This document shows, in pieces, positions 1 to 16,200 of a DNA stretch of 64,000 bases; within the stretch, counting starts at the first letter, position 1, and each line of letters starts with the position of its first letter. The translations under genes were made by a program, and so were the position numbers. The stretch comes from Eledone cirrhosa (Eukaryota): the NCBI GenBank assembly GCA_964016885.1, contig OZ024743.1:139624001-139688000 (forward strand), read 5' to 3'. Under the pieces are notes generated by a model. It did not search any database. It was not told the DNA's origin and was given only the letters and a program-made list of their open reading frames with translations.

Positions 1-1889
1 AAGCACCAAACACCAGATACCAAGCACCAAGCACCAAACACCAAACTCCAAGCACCAAGCACCAAACACCAAACAACAAGCACCAGGCAACAAGCACCAA
101 ACACCAAACACCAAGCACCAAGCACCAAACACGAAACACCAAGCACGCAGCATCAAACACCAAGCACCAAGCACCAAGCACCAAACACCAAGCACCAAGC
201 ACCAAACACCAACCACCAAACACAAAGCACCAAGCACCAAACACCAAGCACCAAGCACCAAACACCAAGCACCAAGCACCAAACACCAAACCCCAAGCAC
301 CAAGCACCAAACACTAATCACCAAGCACCAAGCACCAAGCACCAAACACCAAACACCAAGCACCAAGCACCAAGCACCAAACACCAAGCACCAAGCACCA
401 AACACCAAACACCAAGATCCAAAGACCAAGCTACAAGCCCCAAGCACCAAGCACCAAAAAATAAGCACCAAGCACCAAACACCAAGCACCAAGCACCAAA
501 CACCAACCACCCAGCACCAAGCACCAAGCACCAAACACCAAGCACCAAACACCAAACACCAAGCACCAAGCACCAAGCGCCAAGCACCAAACACCAAGCA
601 CCAAGCACTAAGCACCAAACACCAAGCCCCAAGCAGCAAGCACCAAACACCAAACACCAAGCACCAAGCACCAAACACTAAGCACCAAGCACCAAGCACC
701 TAGCACCAAACACCAAACACCAAGCACCAAGCACCAAACACCAAGCACCAATCACCAAGCACCAAACACCAAGCAGCAAGCAGCAAGCACCAAACACCAA
801 ATACCAAGCAACAAGCACCAAACACCAAGCACCAAGGACCAAACATCAAACACCAAGCACCAAGCACCAAACACCTAACACCAAGCACCAAGCACCAAGC
901 ACCGAACACCAAGCACCAAACACCAAGCACCAAACACCAAGCACCAAGCACCAAGCACCAAACACCAAGCACCAAGCATCAAGCACCAAACAATAAGAAC
1001 CAAGCATCAAGCACCAAACACCAAGCACCAAGCACCAAACACCAACCACCCAGCACCAAGCACCAAGCACCAAACACCAAGCACCAAACACCAAACACCA
1101 AACACCAAGCACCAAGCACCAAGCACCAAACACCAAGCACCAAGCACCAAGCACCTAGCACCAAACACCAAACACCAAGCAGCAAGCACCAAACACCAAG
1201 CACCAATCACCAAGCACAAAACACCAAGCAGCAAGCAGCAAGCACCAAACACCAAACACCAAGCACCAAGCACCAAACACCAAGCACCAAGGACCAAACA
1301 TCAAACACCAAGCACCAAGCACCAAACACCTAACACCAAGCACCAAGCACCAAGCACCAGGCACCAAGCACCAAACACCAAGCACCATGCACCAAGCACC
1401 AAGCCCCAAACACTTAACAGCAAGCACCAAGCACCAAGCACCAAACACCAATCACCAAAAACCAAACACCAAGCACCAAGTACCAAACACCAAGCACCAA
1501 GCACCAAACACCAAGCACCAAGCACCAATCACCAAACACCAAGAACCAAGCACCAAACACCAAGCACCAAGCACCAAGCACCAGGCACCAAGCACCAAGA
1601 ACCAAACACAAAACACCAAGCCCCAAGCACCAAGCAGCAAACACCAAGCATCAAACACCAAACACCAAACACCAAGCACCAAACACCAAGCACCAAGCAC
1701 CAAACACCAAACACCAAGCACCAAGCACCAAGCACCAAACACCAAGCACCAAACACCAAACAACAAGCACCAGGCACCAAGCAAAAAACACCAAACACCA
1801 AGCACGCAGCATCAAACACCAAGCACCAAGCACCAAGCACCAAACACCAAGCACCAAGCACCAAGCACCAAGTACCAAACACCAAACAC

Positions 1890-2115
1890 CAAGCACCAAT
1901 CACCAAGCACGAAACACCAGGCACCAAGCACCAAGCACCAAACACCAAACACCAAGCACCAAACACCAGCCACCAAGCACCAAGAACCAAACACCAAACA
2001 CCAAGCACCAAACACCAAACACCAAGCACCAATCACCAAGCACGAAACACCAGGCACCAAGCACCAAGCACCAAACACCAAACACCAAGCACCAAACACC
2101 AGCCACCAAGCACTA
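1890..2115 (+). repeat. Local 133-bp (19-unit) tandem duplication
   Basis: The marker string CACCAAT-CACCAAG-CACGAAA-CACCAGG...CACCAGC occurs twice, with CACGAAA at 1908 and 2041 (offset 133 = 19x7). Confidence 0.8.
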
Positions 2116-2814
2116 AGCACCAAACACCAAACAACAAGCACCAGGCACCAAGCACCAAACACCAAACACCAAGCACGCATCACCAAACACCAAGCACCAA
2201 GCACCAAGCACCAAAAACCAAGCACCAAGCACCAAGCACCAAACACCAAACACCAAACACCAAGCACCAAGAACCAAACAACAAACAGCAAGCACCAAGC
2301 ACCAAACACCAAGCACCAAACACCAAACCCCAAGCACCAATCACCAAACACTAATCACCAAGCACCAAGCACCAAACACCGAGCACCAAACACCAAGCAC
2401 CAAGCACCAAACACCAAACCCCAAGCACCATAGACCAAGCACCAAGCACCAAGGAACAAACACCAAGCACCAAGCACCAAGCACCAAACACCAAGCACCA
2501 AGCACCAAACACCCAGCACCAAGCGCCAAGCATCAAACACCAAGCACCAAGCACCAAACACCAAACACCAAACACCAAGCACCAAGCACTAAACAGCAAG
2601 CACCAAACACCAAACACCAAACAGCAAACACCAAACAGCAAACACCAAACACCAAACATCAAACAGGAAACGCCAAACACCAAGCACCAAGCAGCAAGCA
2701 CCAAACACCAAGCACCAAGCACCAAGCACAAAACACCAAACACCAAGCACCAAGCACCAAGCACCAAGCACCAAACACCAAGCACCAAACACCAAGCACC
2801 AAACACCAAGCACC

Positions 2815-4520
2815 AAACACCAAACACTAAACACCAAGCACCAAGCACCAAACACCAAGCACCAAACACCAAGCACCAAACACCAAGTCCCACGCACCAA
2901 GCACCAAACACCAAGCACCAAGCACCAAGCCCCTAGCACCAAACACCAAACACCAAGCACCAAGAACAAAACACCAAGCACCAATCACCAAGCACCAAAC
3001 ACCAAGCAGCAAACACCAAGCACCAATCACCAAACACCAAGCACCAAGCACCAAACACCAAGCACCAGGCACCAAGCACCAAACACCAAGCACCAAGCAC
3101 CAAACACCAAGCACCAAGACCGAAGCACCAAACACCAAGCACCAAGCACAAAGCACCAAGCACCAAGCACCAGAAACCAAACACCAAGCACCAAGTACCA
3201 AACACCAAGCACCAAGCACCAAACACCAAGCACCAAGAACCAATCACCAAACACCAAGAACCAAGCACCAAACACCAAGCACCAAGCACCAAGCACCAGG
3301 CACCAAGCACCAAGCACCAAACACAAAACACCAAGCACCAAGCACCAAGCAGCAAACACCAAGCATCAAACACCAAACACCAAACACCAAGCACCAAACA
3401 CCAAGCACTAAGCACCAAACACAAAACACCAAGCACCAAGCACCAAGCACTAAACACCAAACACCAAGCACCAAACACCAGATACCAAGCACGCAGCATC
3501 AAACACCAAGCACCAAGCACCAAGCACCAAACACCAAGCACCAAGCACCAAACACCAACCACCAAACACAAAGCACCAAGCACCAAACACCAAGCACCAA
3601 GCACCAAACACCAAGCACCAAGCACCAAGCACCAAGCACCAAACACCAAGCACCAAGCACCAAGCACCAAACACCAAACACTAAACACCAAGCACCAAGC
3701 ACCAAACACCAAGCACCAAACACCAAGCACCAAACACCAAGTCCCACGCACCAAGCACCAAACACCAAGCACCAAGCACCAAGCCCCTAGCACCAAACAC
3801 CAAACACCAAGCACCAAGAACAAAACACCAAGCACCAATCACCAAGCACCAAACACCAAGCAGCAAACACCAAGCACCAATCACCAAACACCAAGCACCA
3901 AGCACCAAACACCAAGCACCAGGCACCAAGCACCAAACACCAAGCACCAAGCACCAAACACCAAGCACCAAGACCGAAGCACCAAACACCAAGCACCAAG
4001 CACAAAGCACCAAGCACCAAGCACCAGAAACCAAACACCAAGCACCAAGTACCAAACACCAAGCACCAAGCACCAAACACCAAGCACCAAGAACCAATCA
4101 CCAAACACCAAGAACCAAGCACCAAACACCAAGCACCAAGCACCAAGCACCAGGCACCAAGCACCAAGCACCAAACACAAAACACCAAGCACCAAGCACC
4201 AAGCAGCAAACACCAAGCATCAAACACCAAACACCAAACACCAAGCACCAAACACCAAGCACTAAGCACCAAACACAAAACACCAAGCACCAAGCACCAA
4301 GCACTAAACACCAAACACCAAGCACCAAACACCAGATACCAAGCACGCAGCATCAAACACCAAGCACCAAGCACCAAGCACCAAACACCAAGCACCAAGC
4401 ACCAAACACCAACCACCAAACACAAAGCACCAAGCACCAAACACCAAGCACCAAGCACCAAACACCAAGCACCAAGCACCAAGCACCAAGCACCAAACAC
4501 CAAGCACCAAGCACCAAGCA
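2815..4520 (+). repeat. 854-bp (122-unit) tandem duplication
   Basis: Identical ORF translations at 2827/3681, 3027/3881 and 3244/4098 (offset 854 = 122x7). The markers TCCCACG, CCCCTAG, ACCGAAG and CACCAGA-AACCAAA repeat at this offset. Confidence 0.92.
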
Positions 4521-7500
4521 CCAAACACCAAGCACCAAGCACCAAACACCAAACACCAAGATCCAAAGACCAAGCACCAAGCCCCAAGCACCAAGCACCA
4601 AAAAATAAGCATCAAGCACCAAACACCAAGCACCAAGCACCAAACACCAAACACCAAGCACCAAGCACGAAACACCAAGCACCAATCACCAAGCACCAAA
4701 CACCAAGCCCCAAGCAGCAAGCACCAAACACCAAACACCAAGCACCAAGCACCAAACACCAAGCACCAAACACCAAGCACCAATCACCAAGCACCAAACA
4801 CCAAGCAGCAAGCAGCAAGCACCAAACACCAAACACCAAGCACCAAGCACCAAACACCAAGCACCAAGGACCAAACATCAAACACCATGCACCAAGCACC
4901 AAACACCAAACACCAAGCACCAAGCACCAAGCACCAAACACCAAGCACCAAGCACTAAGCACCAAACGCCAAGCCCCAAGCACGAAGTACCAAACACCAA
5001 GCACCAAACACCAAGCACCAAACACCAAGCACCAAGCACCAAACACCAAGCACCATGAACCAAGCACCTAGCACCAAACACCAAACACCAAGCACCAAGC
5101 ATCAAACACCAAGCACCAATCACCAAGCACCAAACACCAAGCAGCAAGCAGCAAGCACCAAACACCAAACACCAAGCACCAAGCACCAAACACCAAGCAC
5201 CAAGGACCAAACATCAAACACCAATCACCAAGCACCAAACACCTAACACCAAGCACCAAGCACCAAGCACCAAGCACCGAACACCAAGCACATAACACCA
5301 AGCACCAAACACCAAGCACCAAGCACCAAACACCAAGCACCAAACACCAAGCACCAGGCACCAAGCACCAAACACCAAGCACCATGCACCAAGCACCAAG
5401 TACCAAACACTTAACACCAAGCACCAAGCACCAAGCACCAAACACCAATCACCAAACACCAAACTCCAAGCACCAAGCACCAAACACCAAACAACAAGCA
5501 CCAGGCACCAAGCACCAAACACCAAACACCAAGCACCAAACACCAAACACCAAGCACGCAGCATCAAACACCAAGCACCAAGCACCAAGCACCAAACACC
5601 AAGCACCAAGCACCAAACGCCAACCACCAAACACAAAGCACCAGGCACCAAACACCAAGCACCAAGCACCAAACACCAAGCACCAAGCACCAAACACCAA
5701 ACCCCCAAGCACCAAGCACCAAACACTAATCACCAAGCACCAAGCACCAAGCACCAAACACCAAGCACCAAGCACCAAGCACCAAACACCAAGCACCAAG
5801 CACCAAACACCAAACACCAAGATCCAAAGACCAAGCACCAAGCCCCAAGCACCAAGCACCAAAAAATAAGCACCAAGCACCAAACACCAAGCACCAAGCA
5901 CCAAACACCAACCACCCAGCACCAAGCACCAAGCACCAAACACCAAGCACCAAACACCAAACACCAAGCACCAAGCACCAAGCGCCAAGCACCAAACACC
6001 AAGCACCAAGCACTAAGCACCAAACACCAAGCCCCAAGCAGCAAGCACCAAACACCAAACAACAAGCACCAAGCACCAAACACCAAGCACCAAGCACCAA
6101 GCACCTAGCACCAAACACCAAACACCAACCACCCAGCACCAAGCACCAAGCACCAAACACCAAGCACCAAACACCAAACACCAAGCACCAAGCACCAAGC
6201 ACCAAGCACCGAACACCAAGCACCAAACACCAAGCACCAAACACCAAGCACCAAGCACCAAACACCAAGCACCAAACACCAAGCACCAAGCACCAAGCAC
6301 CAAACACCAAGCACCAAGCACCAAGCACCAAACAATAAGAACCAAGCACCAAGCACCAAACACCAAGCACCAAGCACCAAACACCAACCACCCAGCACCA
6401 AGCACCAAGCACCAAACACCAAGCACCACACACCAAACACCAAACACCAAGCACCAAGCACCAAGCACCAAACACCAAGCACCAAGCACTAAGCACCAAA
6501 CACCAAGCCCCAAGCACCAAGTACCAAACACCAAACACCAAGCACCAAGCACCAAACACCAAGCACCAAGAACCAAGCACCTAGCACCAAACACCAAACA
6601 CCAGGCACCAAGCACCAAACACCAAGCACCAATCACCAAGCACCAAACACCAAGCAGCAAGCAGCAAGCACCAAACACCAAACACCAAGCACCAAGCACC
6701 AAACACCAAGCACCAAGGACCAAACATCAAACACCAAGCACCAAGCACCAAACACCTAACACCAAGCACCAAGCACCAAGCACCAAGCACCGAACACCAA
6801 GCACATAACACCAAGCACCAAACACCAAGCACCAAGCACCAAACACCAAGCACCAAACACCAAGCACCAAGCACCAAGCACCAAACACCAAACACCAGGC
6901 ACCAAGCACCAAACACCAAGCACCATGCACCAAGCACCAAGCCCCAAACACTTAACACCAAGCACCAAGCACCAAGCACCAAACACCAATCACCAAACAC
7001 CAAACTCCAAGCACCAAGCACCAAATACCAAACAACAAGCACCAGGCACCAAGCACCAAACACCAAACACCAAGCACCAAGCACCAAACACCAAACACCA
7101 AGCACGCAGCATCAAACACCAAGCACCAAGCACCAAGCACCAAACACCAAGCACCAAGCACCAAACACCAACCACCAAACACAAAGCACCAAGCACCAAA
7201 CACCAATCACCAAGCACCAAGCACCAAACACCAAGCACCAAGCACCAAACACCAAACACCAAGATCCAAAGACCAAGCACCAAGCCCCAAGCACCAAGCA
7301 CCAAAAAAAAGGCACCAAGCACCAAACACCAAGCACCAAGCACCAAACACCAACCACCCAGCACCAAGCACCAAGCACCAAACACCAAGCACCAAACACC
7401 AAACACCAAGCACCAAGCACCAAGCGCCAAGCACCAAACACCAAGCACCAAGCGCTAAGCACCAAACACCAAGCCCCAAGCAGCAAGCACCAAGCACCAA

Positions 7501-8114
7501 ACACCAAACACCAAGCACCAAGCACCAAACACCGAGCACCAAGCACCAAGCACCTAGCAACAAACACCAAACACCAAGCACCAAGCACCAAACACCAAGC
7601 ACCAATCACCAAGCACCAAACACCAAGCAGCAAGCAGCAAGCACCAAACACCAAACACCAAGCACCAAGCACCAAACACCAAGCACCAAGGACCAAACAT
7701 CAAACACCAAGCACCAAGCACCAAACACCTAACTCCAAGCACCAAGCACCAAGCACCAAGCACCGAACACCAAGCACCAAACACCAAGCACCAAACACCA
7801 AGCACCAAGCACCAAACACCAAGCACCAAACACCAAGCACCAAGCACCAAGAACCAAACACCAAGCACCAAGCACCAAGCACCAAACAATAAGAACCAAG
7901 CACCAAGCACCAAACACCAAGCACCAAGCACCAAACACCAACCACCCAGCACCAAGCACCAAGCACCAAACACCAAGCACCAAACACCAAACACCAAACA
8001 CCAAGCACCAAGCACCAAGCACCAAACACCAAGCACCAAGCACTAAGCACCAAACACCAAGCCCCAAGCACCAAGTACCAAACATCAAACACCAAGCACC
8101 AAGCACCAAACACC

Positions 8115-11100
8115 AAGCACCAAGAACCAAGCACCTAGCACCAAACACGAAACACCAAGCACCAAGCACCAAACACCAAGCACCAATCACCAAGCACCAA
8201 ACACCAAGCAGCAAGCAGCAAGCACCAAACACCAAACACCAAGCACCAAGCACCAAACACCAAGCACCAAGGACCAAACATCAAACACCAAGCACCAAGC
8301 ACCAAACACCTAACACCAAGCACCAAGCACCAAGCACCAAGCACCGAACACCAAGCACATAACACCAAGCACCAAACACCAAGCACCAAGCACCAAACAC
8401 CAAGCACCAAACACCAAGCACCAAGCACCAAGCACCAAACACCAAGCACTAGGCACCAAGCACCAAACACCAAGCACCATGCACCAAGCACCAAGCCCCA
8501 AACACTTAACACCAAGCACCAAGCACCAAGCACCAAACACCAATCACCAAACACCAAACTCCAAGCACCAAGCACCAAACACCAAACAACAAGCACCAGG
8601 CACCAAGCACCAAACACCAAACACCAAGCACCAAGCACCAAACACCAAACACCAAGCACGCAGCATCAAACACCAAGCACCAAGCACCAAGCACCAAACA
8701 CCAAGCACCAAGCACGAAACACCAACCACCAAACACAAAGCTACAAGCACCAAACACCAAGCACCAAGCACCAAACACCAAGCACCAAGCACCAAACACC
8801 AAACCCCCAAGCACCAAGCACCAAACACTAATCACCAAGCACCAAGCACCAAGCACCAAACACCAATCACCAAGCACCAAGCACCAAACACCAAGCACCA
8901 AGCACCAAACACCAAACACCAAGATCCAAAGACCAAGCACCAAGCCCCAAGCACCAAGCACCAAAAAATAAGCACCAAGCACCAAACACCAAGCACCAAG
9001 CACCAAACACCAACCACCCAGCACCAAGCACCAAGCACCAAACACCAAGCACCAAACACCAAAAACCAAGCACCAAGCACCAAGCGCCAAGCACCAAACA
9101 CCAAGCACCAAGCACTAAGCACCAAACACCAAGCCCCAAGCAGCAAGCACCAAACACCAAACACCAAGCACCAAGCACCAAACACCAAGCACCAAGCACC
9201 AAGCACCTAGCACCAAACACCAAACACCAAGCACCAAGCACCAAACACCAAGCACCAATCACCAAGCACCAAACACCAACCAGCAAGCAGCAAGCACCAA
9301 ACACCAAACACCAAGCACCAAGCACCAAACACCAAGCACCAAGGACCAAACATCAAACACCAAGCACCAAGCACCAAACACCTAACACCAAGCACCAAGC
9401 ACCAAGCACCAAGCACCGAACACCAAGCACCAAACACCAAGCACCAAACACCAAGCACCAAGCACCAAACACCAAGCACCAAACACCAAGCACCAAGCAC
9501 CAAGTACCAAACACCAAGCACCAAGCACCAAGCACCAAACAATAAGAACCAAGCACCAAGCACCAAACACCAACCACCCAGCACCAAGCACCAAGCACCA
9601 AACACCAAGCACCAAACACCAAACACCAAACACCAAGCACCAAGCACCAAGCACCAAACACCAAGCACCAAGCACTAAGCACCAAACACCAAGCCCCAAG
9701 CACCAAGTACCAAACACCAAACACCAAGCACCAAGCACCAAACACCAAGCACCAAGCACCAAGCACCTAGCACCAAACACCAAACACCAAGCACCAAGCA
9801 CCAAACACCAAGCACCAATCACCAAGCACCAAACACCAAGCAGCAAGCAGCAAGCACCAAACACCAAACACCAAGCACCAAGCACCAAACACCAAGCACC
9901 AAGGACCAAACATCAAACACCAAGCACCAAGCACCAAACACCTAACACCAAGCACCAAGCACCAAGCACCAAGCACCGAACACCAAGCACATAACACCAA
10001 GCACCAAACACCAAGCACCAAACACCAAGCACCAAGCACCAAGCACCAAACACCAAGCACCAGGCTCCAAGCACCAAGCCCCAAACACTTAACACCAAGC
10101 ACCAAGCACCAAGCACCAAACACCAATCACCAAAAACCAAACACCAAGCACCAAGTACCAAACACCAAGCACCAAGCACCAAACACCAAGCAGTAAGCAC
10201 CAATCACCAAACACCAAGAACCAAGCACCAAACACCAAGCACCAAGCACCAAGCACCAGGCACCAAGCACCAAGCACCAAACACAAAACACCAAGCACCA
10301 AGCACCAAGCAGCAAACACCAAGCATCAAACACCAAACACCAAACACCAAGCACCAAGCACCAAGCAGCAAACAGCAAGCATCAAACACCAAACACCAAA
10401 CGCCAAGCACCAAACACCAAGCACCAAGCACCAAACACCAAACACCAAGCACCAAGCACCAAGCACCAAACACCAAACACCAAGCACCAAACACCAAACA
10501 CCAAGCACCAAGCACCAAACACCAAACAACAAGCACCAAGCACCAAGCAAAAAACACCAAACACCAAGCACGCAGCATCAAACACCAAGCACCAAGCACC
10601 AAGCACCAAACACCAAGCACCAGGCACCAAGCACCAAGCCCCAAACACTTAACACCAAGCACCAAGCACCAAACACCAATCACCAAAAACCAAACACCAA
10701 GCACCAAGTACCAAACACCAAGCACCAAGCACCAAACACCAAGCAGCAAGCACCAATCACCAAACACCAAGCACCAAGCACCAAACACCAAACACCAAGC
10801 ACCAAGCACCAAGCACCAAACACCAAACACCAAGCACCAAACACCAAAAACCAAGCACCAACCACCAAACACCAAACAACAAGCACCAAGCACCAAGCAA
10901 AAAACACCAAACACCAAGCACGCAGCATCAAACACCAAGCACCAAGTACCAAACACCAAACACCAAGCACCAAACACCAAACACCAAGCACCAATCCCCA
11001 AGCACGAAACACCAGGCACCAAGCACCAAGCACCAAACACCAAACACCAAGCACCAAACACCAGCCACCAAGCACCAAGCACCAAACACCAAACACCAAG

Positions 11101-13250
11101 CACTAAGCACCAAACACCAAACAACAAGCACCAGGCACCAAGCACCAAACACCAAACACCAAGCACGCATCACCAAACACCAAGCACCAAGCACCAAGCA
11201 CCAAAAACCAAGCACCAAGCACCAAGCACCAAACACCAGACACCAAACACCAAGCACCAAGAACCAAACACCAAACACCAAACAGCAAGCACCAAGCACC
11301 AAACACCAAGCACCAAACACCAAACCCCAAGGACCAATCACCAAACACTAATCACCAAGCACCAAGCACCAAACACCGAGCACCAAACACCAAGCACCAA
11401 GCACCAAACACCAAACCCCAACCACCATAGACCAAGCACCAAGCACCAAGGAACAAACACCAAGCACCAAGCACCAAGCACCAAACACGCAGCACCAAGC
11501 ACCAAGCATCAAACAACAAGCACCAAGCACCAAACACCAAACACCAAACACCAAGCACCAAGCACTAAACAGCAAGCACCAAACACCAAACACCAAACAG
11601 CAAACACCAAACAGCAAACACCAAACACCAAACAGCAAACAGCAAGCACGCATCACCAAACACCAAGCACCAAGCACCAAGCACCAAAAACCAAGCACCA
11701 AGCACCAAGCACCAAACACCAGACACCAAACACCAAGCACCAAGAACCAAACACCAAACACCAAACAGCAAGCACCAAGCACCAAACACCAAGCACCAAA
11801 CACCAAACCCCAAGGACCAATCACCAAACACTAATCACCAAGCACCAAGCACCAAACACCGAGCACCAAACACCAAGCACCAAGCACCAAACACCAAACC
11901 CCAACCACCATAGACCAAGCACCAAGCACCAAGGAACAAACACCAAGCACCAAGCACCAAGCACCAAACACGCAGCACCAAGCACCAAGCATCAAACAAC
12001 AAGCACCAAGCACCAAACACCAAACACCAAACACCAAGCACCAAGAACCAAGCACCTAGCACCAAACACGAAACACCAAGCACCAAGCACCAAACACCAA
12101 GCACCAATCACCAAGCACCAAACACCAAGCAGCAAGCAGCAAGCACCAAACACCAAACACCAAGCACCAAGCACCAAACACCAAGCACCAAGGACCAAAC
12201 ATCAAACACCAAGCACCAAGCACCAAACACCTAACACCAAGCACCAAGCACCAAGCACCAAGCACCGAACACCAAGCACATAACACCAAGCACCAAACAC
12301 CAAGCACCAAGCACCAAACACCAAGCACCAAACACCAAGCACCAAGCACCAAGCACCAAACACCAAGCACTAGGCACCAAGCACCAAACACCAAGCACCA
12401 TGCACCAAGCACCAAGCCCCAAACACTTAACACCAAGCACCAAGCACCAAGCACCAAACACCAATCACCAAACACCAAACTCCAAGCACCAAGCACCAAA
12501 CACCAAACAACAAGCACCAGGCACCAAGCACCAAACACCAAACACCAAGCACCAAGCACCAAACACCAAACACCAAGCACGCAGCATCAAACACCAAGCA
12601 CCAAGCACCAAGCACCAAACACCAAGCACCAAGCACGAAACACCAACCACCAAACACAAAGCTACAAGCACCAAACACCAAGCACCAAGCACCAAACACC
12701 AAGCACCAAGCACCAAACACCAAACCCCCAAGCACCAAGCACCAAACACTAATCACCAAGCACCAAGCACCAAGCACCAAACACCAATCACCAAGCACCA
12801 AGCACCAAACACCAAGCACCAAGCACCAAACACCAAACACCAAGATCCAAAGACCAAGCACCAAGCCCCAAGCACCAAGCACCAAAAAATAAGCACCAAG
12901 CACCAAACACCAAGCACCAAGCACCAAACACCAACCACCCAGCACCAAGCACCAAGCACCAAACACCAAGCACCAAACACCAAAAACCAAGCACCAAGCA
13001 CCAAGCGCCAAGCACCAAACACCAAGCACCAAGCACTAAGCACCAAACACCAAGCCCCAAGCAGCAAGCACCAAACACCAAACACCAAGCACCAAGCACC
13101 AAACACCAAGCACCAAGCACCAAGCACCTAGCACCAAACACCAAACACCAAGCACCAAGCACCAAACACCAAGCACCAATCACCAAGCACCAAACACCAA
13201 CCAGCAAGCAGCAAGCACCAAACACCAAACACCAAGCACCAAGCACCAAA
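8115..13250 (+). repeat. ~1.2-kb block repeated at 3921-bp offset (~8115-9330 and ~12035-13250)
   Basis: Identical ORFs at 8135/12056, 8479/12400 and 8832/12753; 3921 = 560x7 + 1 (insertion at 8804). Shared markers are CTACAAG, CACTAGG and CACCAAC-CAGCAAG. Confidence 0.9.
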
Positions 13251-16200
13251 CACCAAGCACCAAACACCAAGCACCAAGCACTAAGCACCAAACGCCAAGC
13301 CCCAAGCACGAAGTACCAAACACCAAGCACCAAACACCAAGCACCAAACACCAAGCACCAAGCACCAAACACCAAGCACCATGAACCAAGCACCTAGCAC
13401 CAAACACCAAACACCAAGCACCAAGCATCAAACACCAAGCACCAATCACCAAGCACCAAACACCAAGCAGCAAGCAGCAAGCACCAAACACCAAACACCA
13501 AGCACCAAGCACCAAACACCAAGCACCAAGGACCAAACATCAAACACCAATCACCAAGCACCAAACACCTAACACCAAGCACCAAGCACCAAGCACCAAG
13601 CACCGAACACCAAGCACATAACACCAAGCACCAAACACCAAGCACCAAGCACCAAACACCAAGCACCAAACACCAAGCACCAGGCACCAAGCACCAAACA
13701 CCAAGCACCATGCACCAAGCACCAAGTACCAAACACTTAACACCAAGCACCAAGCACCAAGCACCAAACACCAATCACCAAACACCAAACTCCAAGCACC
13801 AAGCACCAAACACCAAACAACAAGCACCAGGCACCAAGCACCAAACACCAAACACCAAGCACCAAACACCAAACACCAAGCACGCAGCATCAAACACCAA
13901 GCACCAAGCACCAAGCACCAAACACCAAGCACCAAGCACCAAACGCCAACCACCAAACACAAAGCACCAGGCACCAAACACCAAGCACCAAGCACCAAAC
14001 ACCAAGCACCAAGCACCAAACACCAAACCCCCAAGCACCAAGCACCAAACACTAATCACCAAGCACCAAGCACCAAGCACCAAACACCAAGCACCAAGCA
14101 CCAAGCACCAAACACCAAGCACCAAGCACCAAACACCAAACACCAAGATCCAAAGACCAAGCACCAAGCCCCAAGCACCAAGCACCAAAAAATAAGCACC
14201 AAGCACCAAACACCAAGCACCAAGCACCAAACACCAACCACCCAGCACCAAGCACCAAGCACCAAACACCAAGCACCAAACACCAAACACCAAGCACCAA
14301 GCACCAAGCGCCAAGCACCAAACACCAAGCACCAAGCACTAAGCACCAAACACCAAGCCCCAAGCAGCAAGCACCAAACACCAAACAACAAGCACCAAGC
14401 ACCAAACACCAAGCACCAAGCACCAAGCACCTAGCACCAAACACCAAACACCAACCACCCAGCACCAAGCACCAAGCACCAAACACCAAGCACCAAACAC
14501 CAAACACCAAGCACCAAGCACCAAGCACCAAGCACCGAACACCAAGCACCAAACACCAAGCACCAAACACCAAGCACCAAGCACCAAACACCAAGCACCA
14601 AACACCAAGCACCAAGCACCAAGCACCAAACACCAAGCACCAAGCACCAAGCACCAAACAATAAGAACCAAGCACCAAGCACCAAACACCAAGCACCAAG
14701 CACCAAACACCAACCACCCAGCACCAAGCACCAAGCACCAAACACCAAGCACCACACACCAAACACCAAACACCAAGCACCAAGCACCAAGCACCAAACA
14801 CCAAGCACCAAGCACTAAGCACCAAACACCAAGCCCCAAGCACCAAGTACCAAACACCAAACACCAAGCACCAAGCACCAAACACCAAGCACCAAGAACC
14901 AAGCACCTAGCACCAAACACCAAACACCAGGCACCAAGCACCAAACACCAAGCACCAATCACCAAGCACCAAACACCAAGCAGCAAGCAGCAAGCACCAA
15001 ACACCAAACACCAAGCACCAAGCACCAAACACCAAGCACCAAGGACCAAACATCAAACACCAAGCACCAAGCACCAAACACCTAACACCAAGCACCAAGC
15101 ACCAAGCACCAAGCACCGAACACCAAGCACATAACACCAAGCACCAAACACCAAGCACCAAGCACCAAACACCAAGCACCAAACACCAAGCACCAAGCAC
15201 CAAGCACCAAACACCAAGCACCAGGCACCAAGCACCAAACACCAAGCACCATGCACCAAGCACCAAGCCCCAAACACTTAACACCAAGCACCAAGCACCA
15301 AGCACCAAACACCAATCACCAAACACCAAACTCCAAGCACCAAGCACCAAATACCAAACAACAAGCACCAGGCACCAAGCACCAAACACCAAACACCAAG
15401 CACCAAGCACCAAACACCAAACACCAAGCACGCAGCATCAAACACCAAGCACCAAGCACCAAGCACCAAACACCAAGCACCAAGCACCAAACACCAACCA
15501 CCAAACACAAAGCACCAAGCACCAAACACCAATCACCAAGCACCAAGCACCAAACACCAAGCACCAAGCACCAAACACCAAACACCAAGATCCAAAGACC
15601 AAGCACCAAGCCCCAAGCACCAAGCACCAAAAAAAAGGCACCAAGCACCAAACACCAAGCACCAAGCACCAAACACCAACCACCCAGCACCAAGCACCAA
15701 GCACCAAACACCAAGCACCAAACACCAAACACCAAGCACCAAGCACCAAGCGCCAAGCACCAAACACCAAGCACCAAGCGCTAAGCACCAAACACCAAGC
15801 CCCAAGCAGCAAGCACCAAGCACCAAACACCAAACACCAAGCACCAAGCACCAAACACCGAGCACCAAGCACCAAGCACCTAGCAACAAACACCAAACAC
15901 CAAGCACCAAGCACCAAACACCAAGCACCAATCACCAAGCACCAAACACCAAGCAGCAAGCAGCAAGCACCAAACACCAAACACCAAGCACCAAGCACCA
16001 AACACCAAGCACCAAGGACCAAACATCAAACACCAAGCACCAAGCACCAAACACCTAACTCCAAGCACCAAGCACCAAGCACCAAGCACCGAACACCAAG
16101 CACCAAACACCAAGCACCAAACACCAAGCACCAAGCACCAAACACCAAGCACCAAACACCAAGCACCAAGCACCAAGAACCAAACACCAAGCACCAAGCA

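Noticed and set aside
455-470. AAAAAATAAG as a polyadenylation signal or retroelement tail
   Set aside because: It is not AATAAA and is simply CACCAAA followed by an in-phase variant unit AAATAAG; there is no target-site duplication or foreign sequence.
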